Numbered from the stretch's first letter, positions 26,101-38,419 are shown. The stretch is 64,000 nt of DNA from Camelus ferus (GCF_009834535.1 NC_045725.1:1550001-1614000); one strand, 5' to 3'. A program made the numbers and translations. The notes: generated from the sequence alone by a model not told the origin.

Positions 26101-28259
26101 GTGCTCAGACCCCCGCAGGACTCAACCACCGTGAGCAGCACCAGGGACACCAGATACAGGGGCTTAGCCAGTGCCCGGGACCCCGCGAGCCATCGCCGAG
26201 GGCCAGCCCCAGGCCTCGGCCGCCAGGCCCTGAGCCGGGGGTGAGGAATTCTTTATTGAGAGAAGTGGAGGATAAAACCAGACGGTTTTCCTGGAGCCAG
26301 CGGGTCTAAGGGGCGCAGGGCGGGGACGCGCCCTTTGACCCGGGGAGTGCGAGGCTGGTGCCGACCGTCGTCCACAACCGGAGGGCACCCTGCTTTGGGA
26401 CTGAAGCCCAACCTTGCTGCCTCTCTGCTGAGCGGCTTCTCACCACCCACGCCCGGCTCCGCTCTCCGGGCCCACCTGCCCAGCCCTCTGGTCCAAGGGC
26501 TGGTCCTCGCCCCCTCGCCCCTCGCCCCCTCGCCCCTCGCGGCTGGGGCCACGCCAACAGGTGGCTCAGTCAGCGAGCAGGCGGCTCCACCGTCCCCCTG
26601 GGGGCAGGCCTCCCGCTCCTCCTCAGTGAAGAGACACTGCCTGGGGTTTTACCACAAGCCCATCAAAACATAATCCAGAAATTTTTGGTTAATGGAATAA
26701 TCAGGAATTAAATGATCTGGTTAATGGGTTTCCCGGTTAATGGGGTTAAAACCTCTTTTGTTGGAGGTTTCCCTCAAATACATCCTAGCCCACCACCCCC
26801 AGCGTGTGCGTAGCTCGCGTCTCAAACCTCAAATCCCGTCAAGCGCCGGGCGAAGGCGGGCCTCCTGCAGCCGTGCGACCGCCCGCCTGGCACTCGCGGG
26901 CTTGCTCGTTCCCGCCACCTTCCATCCTGGAGCGCTGGGGGGTGTGGGGGGGACCTGTGGCTGCAGCCTGTTGAGAACATTCCGTGGATGGCGCAGATTT
27001 CCACCCGGCTTCCACGCAGCCGGCGTCCACGGGAGGTGCAGGACCCAGCCCAGACCTGGATTTGCCCACCTGGAGACCTGGAATTGACGTGGTGACAACT
27101 TACCCACTGCCCTGGAGGCTGGCCCGGCTGGGCAGGCAGCATGAGGGCTAGGGGCTGCCCGCCTTGCCTTCATCCCAGCCCCAGGGGGTGACGGGCCCCA
27201 AGCAGGTCCCTGGGAGCCACAGGCCAGGTGGGGGACCTGAGGTGGAGACACAGCCAGGATACCGCGGAGCAGCCTGGCACGCGAGGATTGAAGGCTCCCA
27301 AATCCCTACTCAGAGCCCGTGCTGTCCCCACGGGGCCGCGCTGGGCCAGCTCTGAACACATCTCACCTCCCCATGTCAGGCTCGGGTGCCTGCACACAGC
27401 GTCCAGGGTGTCGTGAACGGCAGGCAGAGAACAGTTCAAGTGTCATCACTGCGACTCGGTCCCCTCCTCTCTCAACCTCAAGGCCACGGCCCTTCAGCCT
27501 GGCACCCGCATCCCCCACGTGCAGACTGATGGAGTCACCCAGCGGGGCACACCCCTCCCCCAGGCCTCTCCCCTGCGGCCGGCTGGCCGGCTGGACCACA
27601 GCGAGGTTCCTGGCAGGGGCGGTGAGGTCAGCGGGACCCCGAGGCGTTGTCTCCATCATCTGCTTTGCTCTGGCTCCAAGAATAATCAGGAAATCCAGGA
27701 GAGGGGGGCACGAGGCATCCGTCACCTGCATCCAGGACAGGGGCCTGGTGACAGGCAGGGCCGGAGGACACACGGCAGAAGGAAGCCAGCGGCCGGGCCA
27801 GCCGCCCCAGCCAGGAAACTGCAGCCACCAGACGCAAGGAAACCCGAATGTAGCCTAACAGGAGGGGCCCTGACCCCCAGAGTAGGAGGGTCCCGGAACC
27901 TGGGTGGGGGAGGCACGGGGGTGGGGTGCAGAGAGAACTCCAGGGGCCCCAGTGAGAGGGAGGAGGGAGACAGCCAGGGCCTGACTCTCTATGCTGGGCT
28001 GTTCTGGTCCCTCCCATCCTGGTCAGCCCCACTGCCCACCCCAGGCAGCTGCTCAGAGCTGCCTCAGCTCATTGACTGTGCCTCAGGCTGGCCTGGGTCA
28101 CTGAAGTTGGTGAGGGTGTCAGGACAGAACTGAACACCAAGCAGAGCTGCTCTCAGGGTCCACCTGCCCCAGCCCTGGGCACCGGGGCCTTGCTGGGCTG
28201 TCACAAACTCTGCTGTGACATCAGCTGTGTGGTGAGATGCCAGACACGCCAACTCAGTG

Positions 28260-28378
28260 GGGATGGGTGGGCGGACAGTGGCTGGCTGGCTGGGTGGGTG
28301 ATGGGTGGATGGACAGATGGACAGAAGGCTGGACGGATGGGTGGGGGATGGGGGGATGGATGACGGATGACGGATGAA
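28260..28378. repeat. Degenerate (GGAT/GGGT/GGAC)n simple repeat
   Basis: Directly visible. Confidence 0.8.
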
Positions 28379-28469
28379 TACCAGCTTCTCTCTCCTCAAA
28401 GCACGAGCACGGCGAGAAAGCCCCGTTGCCTCACAGGTTGACAGCCCCTAGCCCAGAGATCCCCCGGGG

Positions 28470-28585
28470 CCTCAGTCACTCCCTCTGTGGGTCGGGGCTC
28501 TGACTTGCCTTGTCTGCCTCACAGGGCAGCTTTGAGGATGAAACAACACAGAGCACATTTGAAAACACAGTGAAAACTGTGGTTG
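28470..28585 (+). mobile_element. MIR fragment
   Basis: ctcagtcactccctctgt...cctcacagggcagctttgaggatgaaac...gcacatttgaaaacacagtg follows the MIR 3' half. Confidence 0.55.
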
Positions 28586-29629
28586 AGCTGTGCACACGAG
28601 TCATGGGTTGTCATCTAGGTTAAGGGCAGTGAGTAGACATTAGTGGTAAGTTTGGATTAGAGGGTACACTTTTAAAAAATTTACTTTATTCCTTTCAAGT
28701 ATATGTAGTTACAGGAACTAATTGCTAATAGTATATTTTCAAGTCCAAGTCCTGCTGGGCTGACTTCAATGAATAGAAAAAAAAATCTCGTAATTAGCAG
28801 CCTTATTTGCATGCAAACAACGATTGTTCCCAAAGACCTTAAAACCACTTGCATTCTTAATTTAGGTGATTAAATTGCTTGGCAAACCCCTTTCTCATTA
28901 AAAAGTCTAAAAGTGAACTTGGACCCGCCAAATATCATTAACGCCCAGTTGTGCCGAGTTCCAGGTTAAGGCACCTCAGGTGATGTGTTTTCCAGGTACA
29001 CTGGGAAAGCACAGAGTAGCAGCACCCTGAAATGCGGCGGCCCTCACTTCCCGGGTGTGACACTAACGGGCCGCCAGCCCGCGGTTACTCTGGGCCGTGT
29101 CATCCGGGACGGGACTGACAGCAGCCGTCCCTGTGAAGTGGCCTGAGAGCCTCTGAGCCCGTTCCAGGTGAGGACAGCTGGGCGACGGGCCGGGAAACAT
29201 GGGCAGCTCGCCGCGAGCCCAGCACAGGCCTCCTGTCGCGGTGACAGTGTGACACCAGAGCCGTGTCCCATGCGAAGGGGCCCACACCACCTGAACGCAG
29301 ACACATTTTTCCTTCTCTGTTGCTTTTTGGAAACTGAAAACCTCTGTCTCTTCCGAGGGACTCTTTTGTTCTTCCTCCAGGTAAAAAGCATATTTGGCAG
29401 CTAAAGCTGTTTTTCAGCCTCTGTTTGACGCTTTCCGTTCCGATTAAAATTATGTGGAGCCCCAGGCGGATCTGGTCACCCCAGCCGCTCTCTGGCTAGA
29501 TGTGCAGTTTCGATGTGAATAACATTATTGTTCTGAGATACAAAATGCAAGGAAAATGGAAGACTGACTACTTCTCTGACTCAAATTTGGCTGAGTGAAG
29601 GAGCTTTGAAAAATCAAGCATCAGAAATT

Positions 29630-31050
29630 CTGCTCTCAGCCAAGATGGACTAACAGGGGCCAGGTTTTCCCGCCCACCAATGAGAGTGAAAAATGGAAAA
29701 AATACACGAAGCATGTGTTAGACATCAGACGTCAGGCAGGGAAGAGTGGCGACCCCGAGGCGGGGGCAGCAGACCAGCTGTGTGCTGGGGCTGCCCGGCC
29801 GCGCCCCGGCGCAGGTGACGACGGGCTGGGCGTGCAGGGCGCAGAGGTCCGGTAAAGAGCCTCCCCCAAGCCCCGGAAGAGGTGCCGGGACCTCACACGA
29901 GGCGGCCCCGCGGTGGAAAACCTCATGCCCCACGGGGCACTGGGAGCGTCCTCAGGGGGGTTTGCCTTAGCAGTGGGAAACATCAGCCAAAGACAGCTGT
30001 CCTGGTCCCACAGAACTAGGCTAAAAAACCAGGATGACCCAAAAGGGTCAAAACTCTCAGTGTGACTAACTGCATCCCAAACACAGCTCAAGCTTTCATA
30101 AGGGGACAGAACACACCCAGCACTCAGTGAGGTGAACTTCACAGCGTCTTGGCATCTGACTGCGCAGAAAAGCGGGGGAACACCCCCCATGATAAGGTGA
30201 AAAATCAATCAGTGGAATCAACTGAAAATTAAACAAATGATGGAATTAGCAGACGAGGTTACTGCAGCTGTCATCGCCACACGTGCAAGAAGTCGGAGGA
30301 ACAGCCGAACGCGGAGGATCTTCTCTAAACCCCTACGCCGAGCTTCCGGCGCCGAGCGACGCTGCTGGAACCTGAGGGCACGCCGGGTTAAGAGCAGGCT
30401 GGACGCTGCGGAAGAAGACGTAGCACTAGAAACGATATGAAATAAACAGAGGAGGAGTCTGAAAACAGAGCCTCAGTGAGCGGTGGGCCAGCTCCACACA
30501 GCCTCAGACCCATGGAGCTGGAGCGGCTGAGGGAGCGGCAGAAACCCTGGAAGAGACCATGGCCGAAATTTTCCACATTTGCTGAAAACCGTAAACCCAC
30601 AGATCCATGAGGCTCCAACCCCAGGCACCAGAGATGTGGGGAAATATACACCCAGTTACACAAAATGCTTAAAGCTAGTGACCAGAGGGAAGATTGTAAA
30701 AGCAGGCAGGGGAAAAACACACATTGTGTACGAAAGAGCAAAGGTGAGGGTGACAGCTGGACTCCTACCAGCAGCAGCGCAACCGGCAGTCACGCAGCAT
30801 CTTTAAAGAACTTGAAGAACGGCAGGAGGGTGTAGCTCAGTGCGGGAGCATGTGCTCAGCACGCACGAGGTCCGGGGTCCAAGCCCAGCACCTCCTCCAA
30901 ATAGAAATAAATAAATGAACCCAATCCCCTCCCCCTCATAAAACAAAAGGGAAAAAAAAGTGGGCTTTGATTAAAAAAAGTACCTAAAGGAAATAAATAA
31001 AAATGTGAACTGAGAATTCAATAGCCACAAAAAAATCTCTCAAAAATGAA
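29630..31050 (+). mobile_element. Old L1M 5'UTR + ORF1 (5' part; host of nested insertions)
   Basis: caagatggactaacagggg...5'UTR motif; ORF1 motifs SRLDAAEE, ENPQIHEAP, gaagattgtaaaagcag, gagaattc...aaaatctctcaaaaatgaaagcgaa. Confidence 0.8.
30821..30980 (+). mobile_element. tRNA-Ala-derived camelid-type SINE (vic-1-like), inserted in L1 ORF1
   Basis: ggagggtgtagctcagtgcgggagcatgtgctcagcacgcacgaggtccggggtccaagcccagcacctcc followed by the aaataaataaatgaacccaatcccctcccc tail. Confidence 0.9.
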
Positions 31051-31055
31051 AGCGA

Positions 31056-33425
31056 ATGCGACCCAGCGTATCAATACCTAAAGAAGGAAAATCATACGAT
31101 CCTGTCAGCTCACAGGAACAAGCGCTTGGCGAAGTGTCACTCCTGGACGTGACGGGCACCCTCGGGAAAGCAGGAGCAGAGGGAACTTCCTCAACTCAGC
31201 AGGCTCCTGCGATACCCTGCTGCTCACAGACGCAACCATGGAAGGCCGAACGCACTGCCCAGAGCCCGGGGGCACAACGGGAGCCCCGCGCCCGTCACTT
31301 CACCCAGCACGGCACGCGGGCTCACCAGCGCAGCAAAGCAAGGAAACGGGTAAAAGGCACAGGTGCCAGGAAGGAAGACATGAGAAGCCCCGACTTGCAG
31401 GTGACATCGACTATCGACACGAAACCCCGGAAATCGGCAGCGGACTCCTAGAGCTAGTACGAGGCTTCATCAGCGTCACAGGATGAAGTCAGCACACGTC
31501 CGCACACTGACGGCGAGCACACGTGGAGAGCTGAACTGAAAACACAATTCCGGTCACAACTGACGCAAAGAAAGCTGAACGCTAAGGTTTACGAACCTGA
31601 AAATAAAAAAAATTTAAAGACCTTCCTATGACTAGTAAGAAGAAAAATAATAAAAACAGGCCTAAAGCCATGTCTGTGGAGGGGGGGGAGTTTCAACGCG
31701 GTAGACGCGCTAATTCTCCCCAGGTTGGTTCTCAGGTCCAGCACGATTCCGACCAGCTGTCCAGCGAGCCTTCCCGTAGGCGCAGACGCGCGCACTCTAC
31801 CACTTACGCTGGGAAGACACAGGCCTAGACGGGCTGCGACAACTTGGTGGAGAAGGGCAAGTGGGAGGAATCGCTGGGCATTCCAAGGCTCACAGCGGAG
31901 CAGCCGTGCAGACAGTGTGGGGCTGATGAGAACAGAGAACCCAGGGAAGACCCACACCAGTGTGTTCAAAAGCACAAATGTGCTTTTCAGGGGACGGCGC
32001 GGGAGCAGTTAGAGCTTCAAGGGGAAAAACCAAACCCAGACCCAAGTTTCACACCTTGTACAAAGAATTAGCTACAAATGGATGTGGACTTAAATGTAAA
32101 CACAACCCTATAAACTTTCCGTAAAAAAAAAAAAAAAAAAAAAAAGGAGCCCTTTAGGACCTTGGGCTGGGTAAAATTCTTAGGTTTAACCCCAAAGCAG
32201 CACAACCTGTAAAAGGAAAAGCAAACAATCATCAAAACTAAACAGTTTTTTCACCTAAAGATCCTAGTAAGAGGCTGAAAAGACAAGCCACAGACTGGCA
32301 GGAAATACCTGCAAACCACACACCTGTCCACGGACGTGCATCCAGAATGAATAAAGGACTCTTGAACCCGAGTGTGAAAAACAAGACGAGACAAAGCAAT
32401 CCCACTGGAAAATGGGCAGAAACCATGGAGAGACGTTTCTCCACGGAGGACACGCAGACGGTGAAGAAGACGCTCCCACGACGTGCTCAGCGTCGCTGGC
32501 CAGCAGGTAAGCACGTTTCAGCCACAACAGAGCACCACGGCACACCTGCCAGACCGGCGGAGGCAAGCATACCCGTTCCCGCGTCGCCAGTGGGAAGGCA
32601 AGATGACGGAGAAGCTCAGGAGAAGGGTTGGGTAGTCTTAAGAACTGAGCTTGCGCTTCCTCTGTGACGTAGCAACTGCCCTTCGGGGCCTTTATTCCAA
32701 AAAACGAAAACTTACGTTCACCAAAACCCAAAGTGAACCTTCATGTGTGCCAACGTTTACAGCGGCTTTATCAATAGTGGTCAAAGAACGGGGGGAAAAG
32801 CCAGATGTCCTCAGTGGGTTTTGTTCTGTAAGTTGTCCCAATGCCAGTTTCCTATGCTGGGGGGCATGTGGTGAGGGTTCCGCGGGGCCCCCTCCCGCAT
32901 ACATTTTTTGGCAGCTTCTTGTGAATCTATCGCTATCCGTCCACACCGGGGAGGACCACCCCCCAGTCGAGGGTACAGACTGCCGACACAGCGACAGCCC
33001 AGTGGCTCGCAGGAGAGACGCGGGGGAGGTGAAGCCCATCTCAGAAGTCACACATCATGTGACCCCCTTTGTGAGGAATAACAAAACCGTAGATGTGGGA
33101 ACAAACTAGAGGTGCAGGGGCGACAGGTGGCGGGCAGGAAGCGGGTGGCTGCGGAGATAAAGGGCCAGTGTGAGGGGACCTCGTGACGGGGAAGTTGCTC
33201 TCAGGGTCGGCGGTGGGTCTGTGAGCCTGCACGTGAGCAAGCACTGAGCACACAGAAATGTGCCTGTAAAACCAGCACCATCTGAGGAGGGTCTACAACT
33301 TGTGCCCCCGTCAGTTTCCTGTTCTGGGGGAAGGTGGGGAGGGTTCAGTGGGTCCCCTCCCCCCGCTGTACATTTTTGGGCAACTTCTTATGAATCTACC
33401 ATTACTTAAATACAAAATTTCAAAA
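31056..33425 (+). mobile_element. Second old L1 (RT domain to 3'UTR), inserted into ORF1 of the first
   Basis: Eroded RT motif (GKEDMRSPDLQVTSTIDTKPRKS ~ [21 protein letters not shown]), then ORF2 C-terminal and L1MB/MC-type 3'UTR text. Confidence 0.85.
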
Positions 33426-33429
33426 CCTG

Positions 33430-35420
33430 ACAAAATAAACACTTTTCCACACATACAAAAGCTGAACCTTCTCAGCACCACTGCCAGACGTCAGAGGAAG
33501 TTCTGCAGGAAGAGACACCAGATGGAAATGTCGGTCTACAAAGCCATGGCCGCACGGGGAGGGGCAGCCACACGGGAATGTGAAATATTTGTAATTCTTT
33601 ATCATTTAACTCTCTCAAAAGAGAATTCCTCCTTAAAGTGAAATAATAACGGTGTGTTGTGGGGTTCGTAGCATGCACAGGAGCAGAGCTTGACAGCAAA
33701 CAGCACAAGGGCTGGGAGCAGAGACGGGAAGACGCGGCGTCAGGGTCTCATGTGACCTGCAACGCAGTTTTGTGTCACTGGAAGGTAAGCTCTGATGTCA
33801 AAGATGTTACCTACAGACCCTAAACAAGCACTAAAGTAAAATACCAAAGACTGCAGCTAATTAGCCAGCAAGGGAGACAAATCTGGGGTTATAACGAATA
33901 CTCAATCCAAAGGCAGACAGGAAAGGGCAAATGGGGAGGAAACGCGTTAAGCAGAAAATAAACAAGACGGCAGAAAGTGAGACCAGACCGTATGCCAGCA
34001 TGTGGTTTATACGTTGTCATAAAAGGGCTAAAATTCAAAGAAGTGAACAAATGTGTACATGCTAACACTAAGCAGATTAGTATCAGCTCAGGTAGGGTTT
34101 TAGAGCAAAAGGTATCGCCAGGGATGAAGAGGATAAGGCGCAATCACGCATCAGTCAGCCTGGAGCACGCAGCAACGCCGAGGAACCTGCACAGCCCTAA
34201 GGAAAGAGCTCTGAGATGCCCTCAGCGGAATGGGCGGAGCTGCAGCAGAAGCAAATGAAGCCACGGTTACGCCAGAGATTCCGCCTCCTCTCTTAATAAT
34301 TCACATGACAAGGAGGCAGTGGATGAGGAAGGATCCAGAAAACCCAACAGCACTGCTGACCGACCTGACCAGGGGGAAGCCAGGGAACGCTTGCCACCAG
34401 CACGGAGTGCGCTGCTCACTGGTGCTCAGGAACATTCGCCACGACGGCCCCTCTGGACCCTAACGCAGGACTCAGTGAACATAAAAACTACCTCATCCAA
34501 ACTATGTCCTCCAAGCAACAGTGGCGTTAAGCCAGAAATGTGGGACGTCTCCAAATACTTGAAAACTAAATGACGTGTTTCTCAATGGGTCAAAACTAAG
34601 TCAGATGAAAGTCAGCAAGAATTCTGAACTGAACAAAAGGAGAACGTAACACGTAAAAATCTGCGGGAAGCAGCTAAAGCAGACCTTGGAGGTGAGCTGA
34701 CAGCACCACACGCCCATGTTGGGGAAGACGTTTCAAATGGAGGATTTCAGCTTCTGTCTTAAGAAACTAGATGGAGGAGCAAATGAAACAAAGTAAGAAG
34801 AAAGGAGATAGTAAAGAGCAGAGTTTATCAGTGAAGTCAAAAGACAGTGCTTTGAAAAGATCAATAAAAGATAAGCTTCCAGTCAGACTGACCAGGGAAA
34901 GGGGAGGGAGAGAGGAGACCCGGACGAGAGCGAGGACTCACAACGGACCCTACACAGACTGAAAGGACAGCACAGGACAGCGCCACCAGCGCTTAGACGA
35001 AACGGACAAATTCCCTGAGACATGGACCACCACGGCTCGCCCGAGAGACAGGTGAAAACCTAAACGACTCTGTATCTGTTAAGCAGACGGAATTTAGCGG
35101 GGAGGGTGTGGCTCAGTGGTACAGCACACGCCGAGCACGCACAAGGTCCTGGGTTCAATTCCCAGTACCTCCATTAAATAAACAAATACATGTAATTACC
35201 TTCACCTCCAAAAATTTTTTTTTAAAGAGAAAGAAACGGAATTTATATTATAAACCTTCCCGCAGAGGCAACTGCAGGCCCGACGAACCCCGCCACGCCA
35301 GTTCCAACAAGCTGTTCCAGACCGTTCACTCTATGACCAGCGTCACCGACACTCCAGCCAGACCAAGGTGTCCGCAGAAGGAAGCGGCTGCCCGTCCCCT
35401 CACTCTGCACCGCATGGGGC
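33430..35420 (+). mobile_element. Continuation of the host L1: end of ORF1, inter-ORF region, endonuclease and start of RT
   Basis: aaaataaacacttttccacacatacaaaagctgaa continues the ORF1 text broken at 31050. Endonuclease-region motifs follow (gactcagtgaacataaaaactacc, agtggcgttaagccagaaat). Confidence 0.85.
35097..35235 (+). mobile_element. tRNA-Ala-derived camelid-type SINE with a 10-bp target-site duplication
   Basis: ggggagggtgtggctcagtggtacagcacacgccgagcacgcacaaggtcctgggttcaattcccagtacctccattaaataaac. ACGGAATTTA occurs at both 35087-35096 and 35236-35245. Confidence 0.95.
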
Positions 35421-36524
35421 CGAAGGGCTGCCCCGCTTCCAGCTGTCAGATGCAAACAAGGTGACCAGGAAGGGCATGGACTTCCCCGGCCAGCCTCTCA
35501 GCCCTGACCGTCTTCTGCAACCTCTGCCTCTTTGGTTTCTGAAGGGAGAGGAGGTTGAGTGATCGGGGAGGATGGGGGAGAGTGGGAGGCTGTGAAGGGA
35601 GGCGGAGGATTTGGGGCGACGCTCCCAGTGGGATTCGGGCCTGCCCAGACACCGGGGAGCGAGGTGCAGTTTCCTACAAGGAAGACTCGTGAGTTCACCC
35701 CGTCTGCACACGCCCCTATTCGCAGGTTGAAACTACACCACGAGAGGAGCTGCAGAAAGTCACCACTTGAAGCCAGACCACTAACAGTAACACCCCACTA
35801 ATGAAGGAGCTTTTTAATTCAGCCCTCTTCTCCACCTGACACTAAGCACGGCCACTGTTCACCTGGCTGGAACAGGGCTCCAGGCCAGAGCCGGGGGCGC
35901 TGCGGCGCGGGCCCTCTGCGGCTCAGAGCTCCTTTCCAGAAAAGAGGAGTGGCCGCCGCAGACGGAAGCGCCCTGGTCGTCCAGCTCAGCCCCGCCTGGG
36001 CCCCACCTCGGTCCCAGAGCGCTGGGAGCTCGGCAGCTGCTGGAAGCCGGTGCCAGTGGTCTGCAGCTGTGTTTGCACACGGGCCGCGAGGCGGAGTCCC
36101 CGGCCAGCAGGGAGGCGGCGGGAGATGCCCGCGGCAGCTCTGCGTCTCAGGAACCTCGCTTCTCACGGCACCGGAGGTCTCGCGAGGCTCCCTCCGCTGC
36201 TGTCGTAACTGTGTGTGCGGCGCAAAACACACACGTGTGATCTGGGGCTCGGCTGGCACCACCCGAGTGACTCAGACTCACAGGCCGAGGCCCCGGGGTC
36301 CTGGCAGGAGCCCAGGGCAGCTCGATTCTACCCCAGGGGCTGGGGGCGGGCGAGGGCGAGGCTGCTTGCCGCTGTGGTGTGAAGGACCACTTCGTCATCC
36401 TCGGCTAACTTAATATCTCTGGCGTAAACGAGCAGATAGGACGCGCTCACGTACGCGAGTCCAGATTAGATTAGTGATGCAGGGCTGTCTTAGGGATGGA
36501 TAATCTAAAAACCCGGCAAAGCGC

Positions 36525-37025
36525 AGTTACCATATTACGCAGGAATTCCACCCGTAGGCACGTATCCCCAAGACCTGGAAACAGGGATGGGGACCAAACT
36601 TACGCACAAATATTCAGAGTAGCTTCCTACACAGAAGCCAGCAGGTGCCCAGACTGCCGAGCGGATAAACGGAGTGCGGTCCGACCACACGGCGGACTGA
36701 GTTTGGCCACAGGGAAGAGGGATGGTCTATGACGTAGATGCCTCTTGAAATCACTGTGCCCAGTGAGGGGCCACGTTGCACAATTCATTTACGTGGATCC
36801 AGAGCACACAGATCCAGGGACACGGACTCACTGGTGGTCCGGGGGCTGGGGAGGGGACGGAGGGCTGCTCGTGGGCACAGGGCTTCCTTCTGGGCGACGA
36901 AAGCAGCGTGTGACGAGGCAGAGGTGGTGGCTGTGAAGGCGACCCCGTGAACGCGCTAAGTGCCAGGGGATCGTGCACTTGAACGTGGTTCATTCCCTCA
37001 CACGTGAATTCCACCTCAACTTAAA
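36525..37025 (+). mobile_element. Old L1 (L1MB-like) 3' end, GC-eroded
   Basis: accatattacgcaggaattccacccgtaggcacgtatcccc...cacaaatattcagagtagc...gtgaattccacctcaacttaaa. Confidence 0.75.
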
Positions 37026-38413
37026 CGGAGCCAAGACGTCCCTCCCATCTGTTTTCTCAGCTTCAACCCCCTCCCGTCGTCCCTCCTTCAGTCTCTCCCC
37101 CCAAACACGGCAGCTCAGTGCGGCTGACTTCCTGCGACCGGAGCGTGTTTCTGAGGAAGTGTGTAACTAGGCGGCACAGAGACGCCTCCTCGCGACGTGG
37201 TTGGCTGGGGTCCTGCACCGGGGTGTCGTGGGGTCGGCAGGGCAGCTGGTCACAGGGGTCCCTCCCTGAAGCCAGAGTGGGGCCCGCACACGCCGGGTGC
37301 TGCGGAAAGTCACCCAGCCCGCTGGGGACCCGACCGCTCAGATCAGGACACGCCCTTCAGGCTTGTGCTTAGCCTGCCCTTGGTCACCGGGGAAGGGCTG
37401 GAACCACGGGCACCGGCAGGGGTAGGAGTGAGTCATGACGGGCCCCCCGTGGCCGCCCGGCTCGGCCAGTGTAGACGGCTCTGGGCTGTGTGTCCCCCGG
37501 GGCCCCCGAGGATGCCTTGGGTGGGGGTCGAGGGCGGTCGGCGGCCCTCGGCTCCCCAGAAGGATGTGGTCTCAGTTCGGGTCTGCACACCTGAGGGCAA
37601 AACACTTCCCTGCTTGCTAGAAATAAGCTGGTGTTTTCCTTATTTCTCAAAACCAGCACAAAAGGGATCAAAAACTCATGCTGACGGCCGGCGGGCCCCG
37701 TCTTCTCCACAGCCACTGCCAGACCCCCGTCTCCCCGGTTCCCGAAGCTCCGTGGCCCGTGTGGGGCCTCCTGCCAACACGTCAGCACAGAAACCGGTGG
37801 AAGGATGCTTGCTACTTGCGTCGATGAGATTTTTCTAGTATTTTAGCTCCATCTGTAAACCTAGCCAAAGACGCAGGAATCCTTGCATATTAAAAGTCCA
37901 GAAAGCAAAACAGTGCCCCCACAGCTCAGACAGTAGTGACTGGAGAAGCTCCAGCTGTGACGCTGGACTTCTGAGCACCCCGGTAACGTTCTCCCACCCA
38001 GGCTGGAAGGAGGTGAGTGGCTGGGGGTGGGGTGGGGGGTTGGGTGGAGCCAGGAGGCCTCGCAGGCCCACCTCCTGGGAGCGCAGCGGAGGATGGGCTG
38101 CGTGGAGTGTGGGAGGCCTGCCCGGCAGGAACCTGTGGCAGCAGCACAAGCTCCACGTGCTGGGCGCACGGTTCTGAGGGGCTGCTGGGAGCACCTGGGG
38201 CCCCAGCGACCGCCATCCTGCCAGGGCCGGTCTTCCAGCGTTCAAGGAAGAAAGCGGCTGCCCTGGCAAGGCGACAGCCTCACGACGGAAAGCCTCTTAC
38301 AGGCGGCGGAGGTGCAGGACCCAAAGCAGGAAACACACCGGGGAACAAAGAGGAACTCCCCACACACGGACTGAATCAGCCTCAGACCACGACTGTCCGG
38401 CAGAACACAGCGC

Positions 38414-38419
38414 TTTATT
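38414..38419 (-). terminator. NFATC1: Polyadenylation signal AATAAA of NFATC1 (distal site)
   Basis: Plus TTTATT = minus AATAAA, followed on the minus strand by GT-rich sequence (ctgtgttctg...gtcgtggtct...ccgtgtgtggg). Confidence 0.8.

Noticed and set aside
29360-29386. Recursive-splice-like cttttgttcttcctccag|GTAAAA on the plus strand
   Set aside because: No plus-strand transcription unit is evident, and the reconstituted donor is weak.
30821-30900. tRNA-Ala genes (also at 35097 and 56320)
   Set aside because: Diverged tRNA-like heads joined to SINE bodies, A-rich tails and TSDs: these are SINEs, not tRNA genes.
1-38390. CTDP1 or another protein-coding neighbour
   Set aside because: No recognisable exon peptide. 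Its direction is inferred from synteny only.
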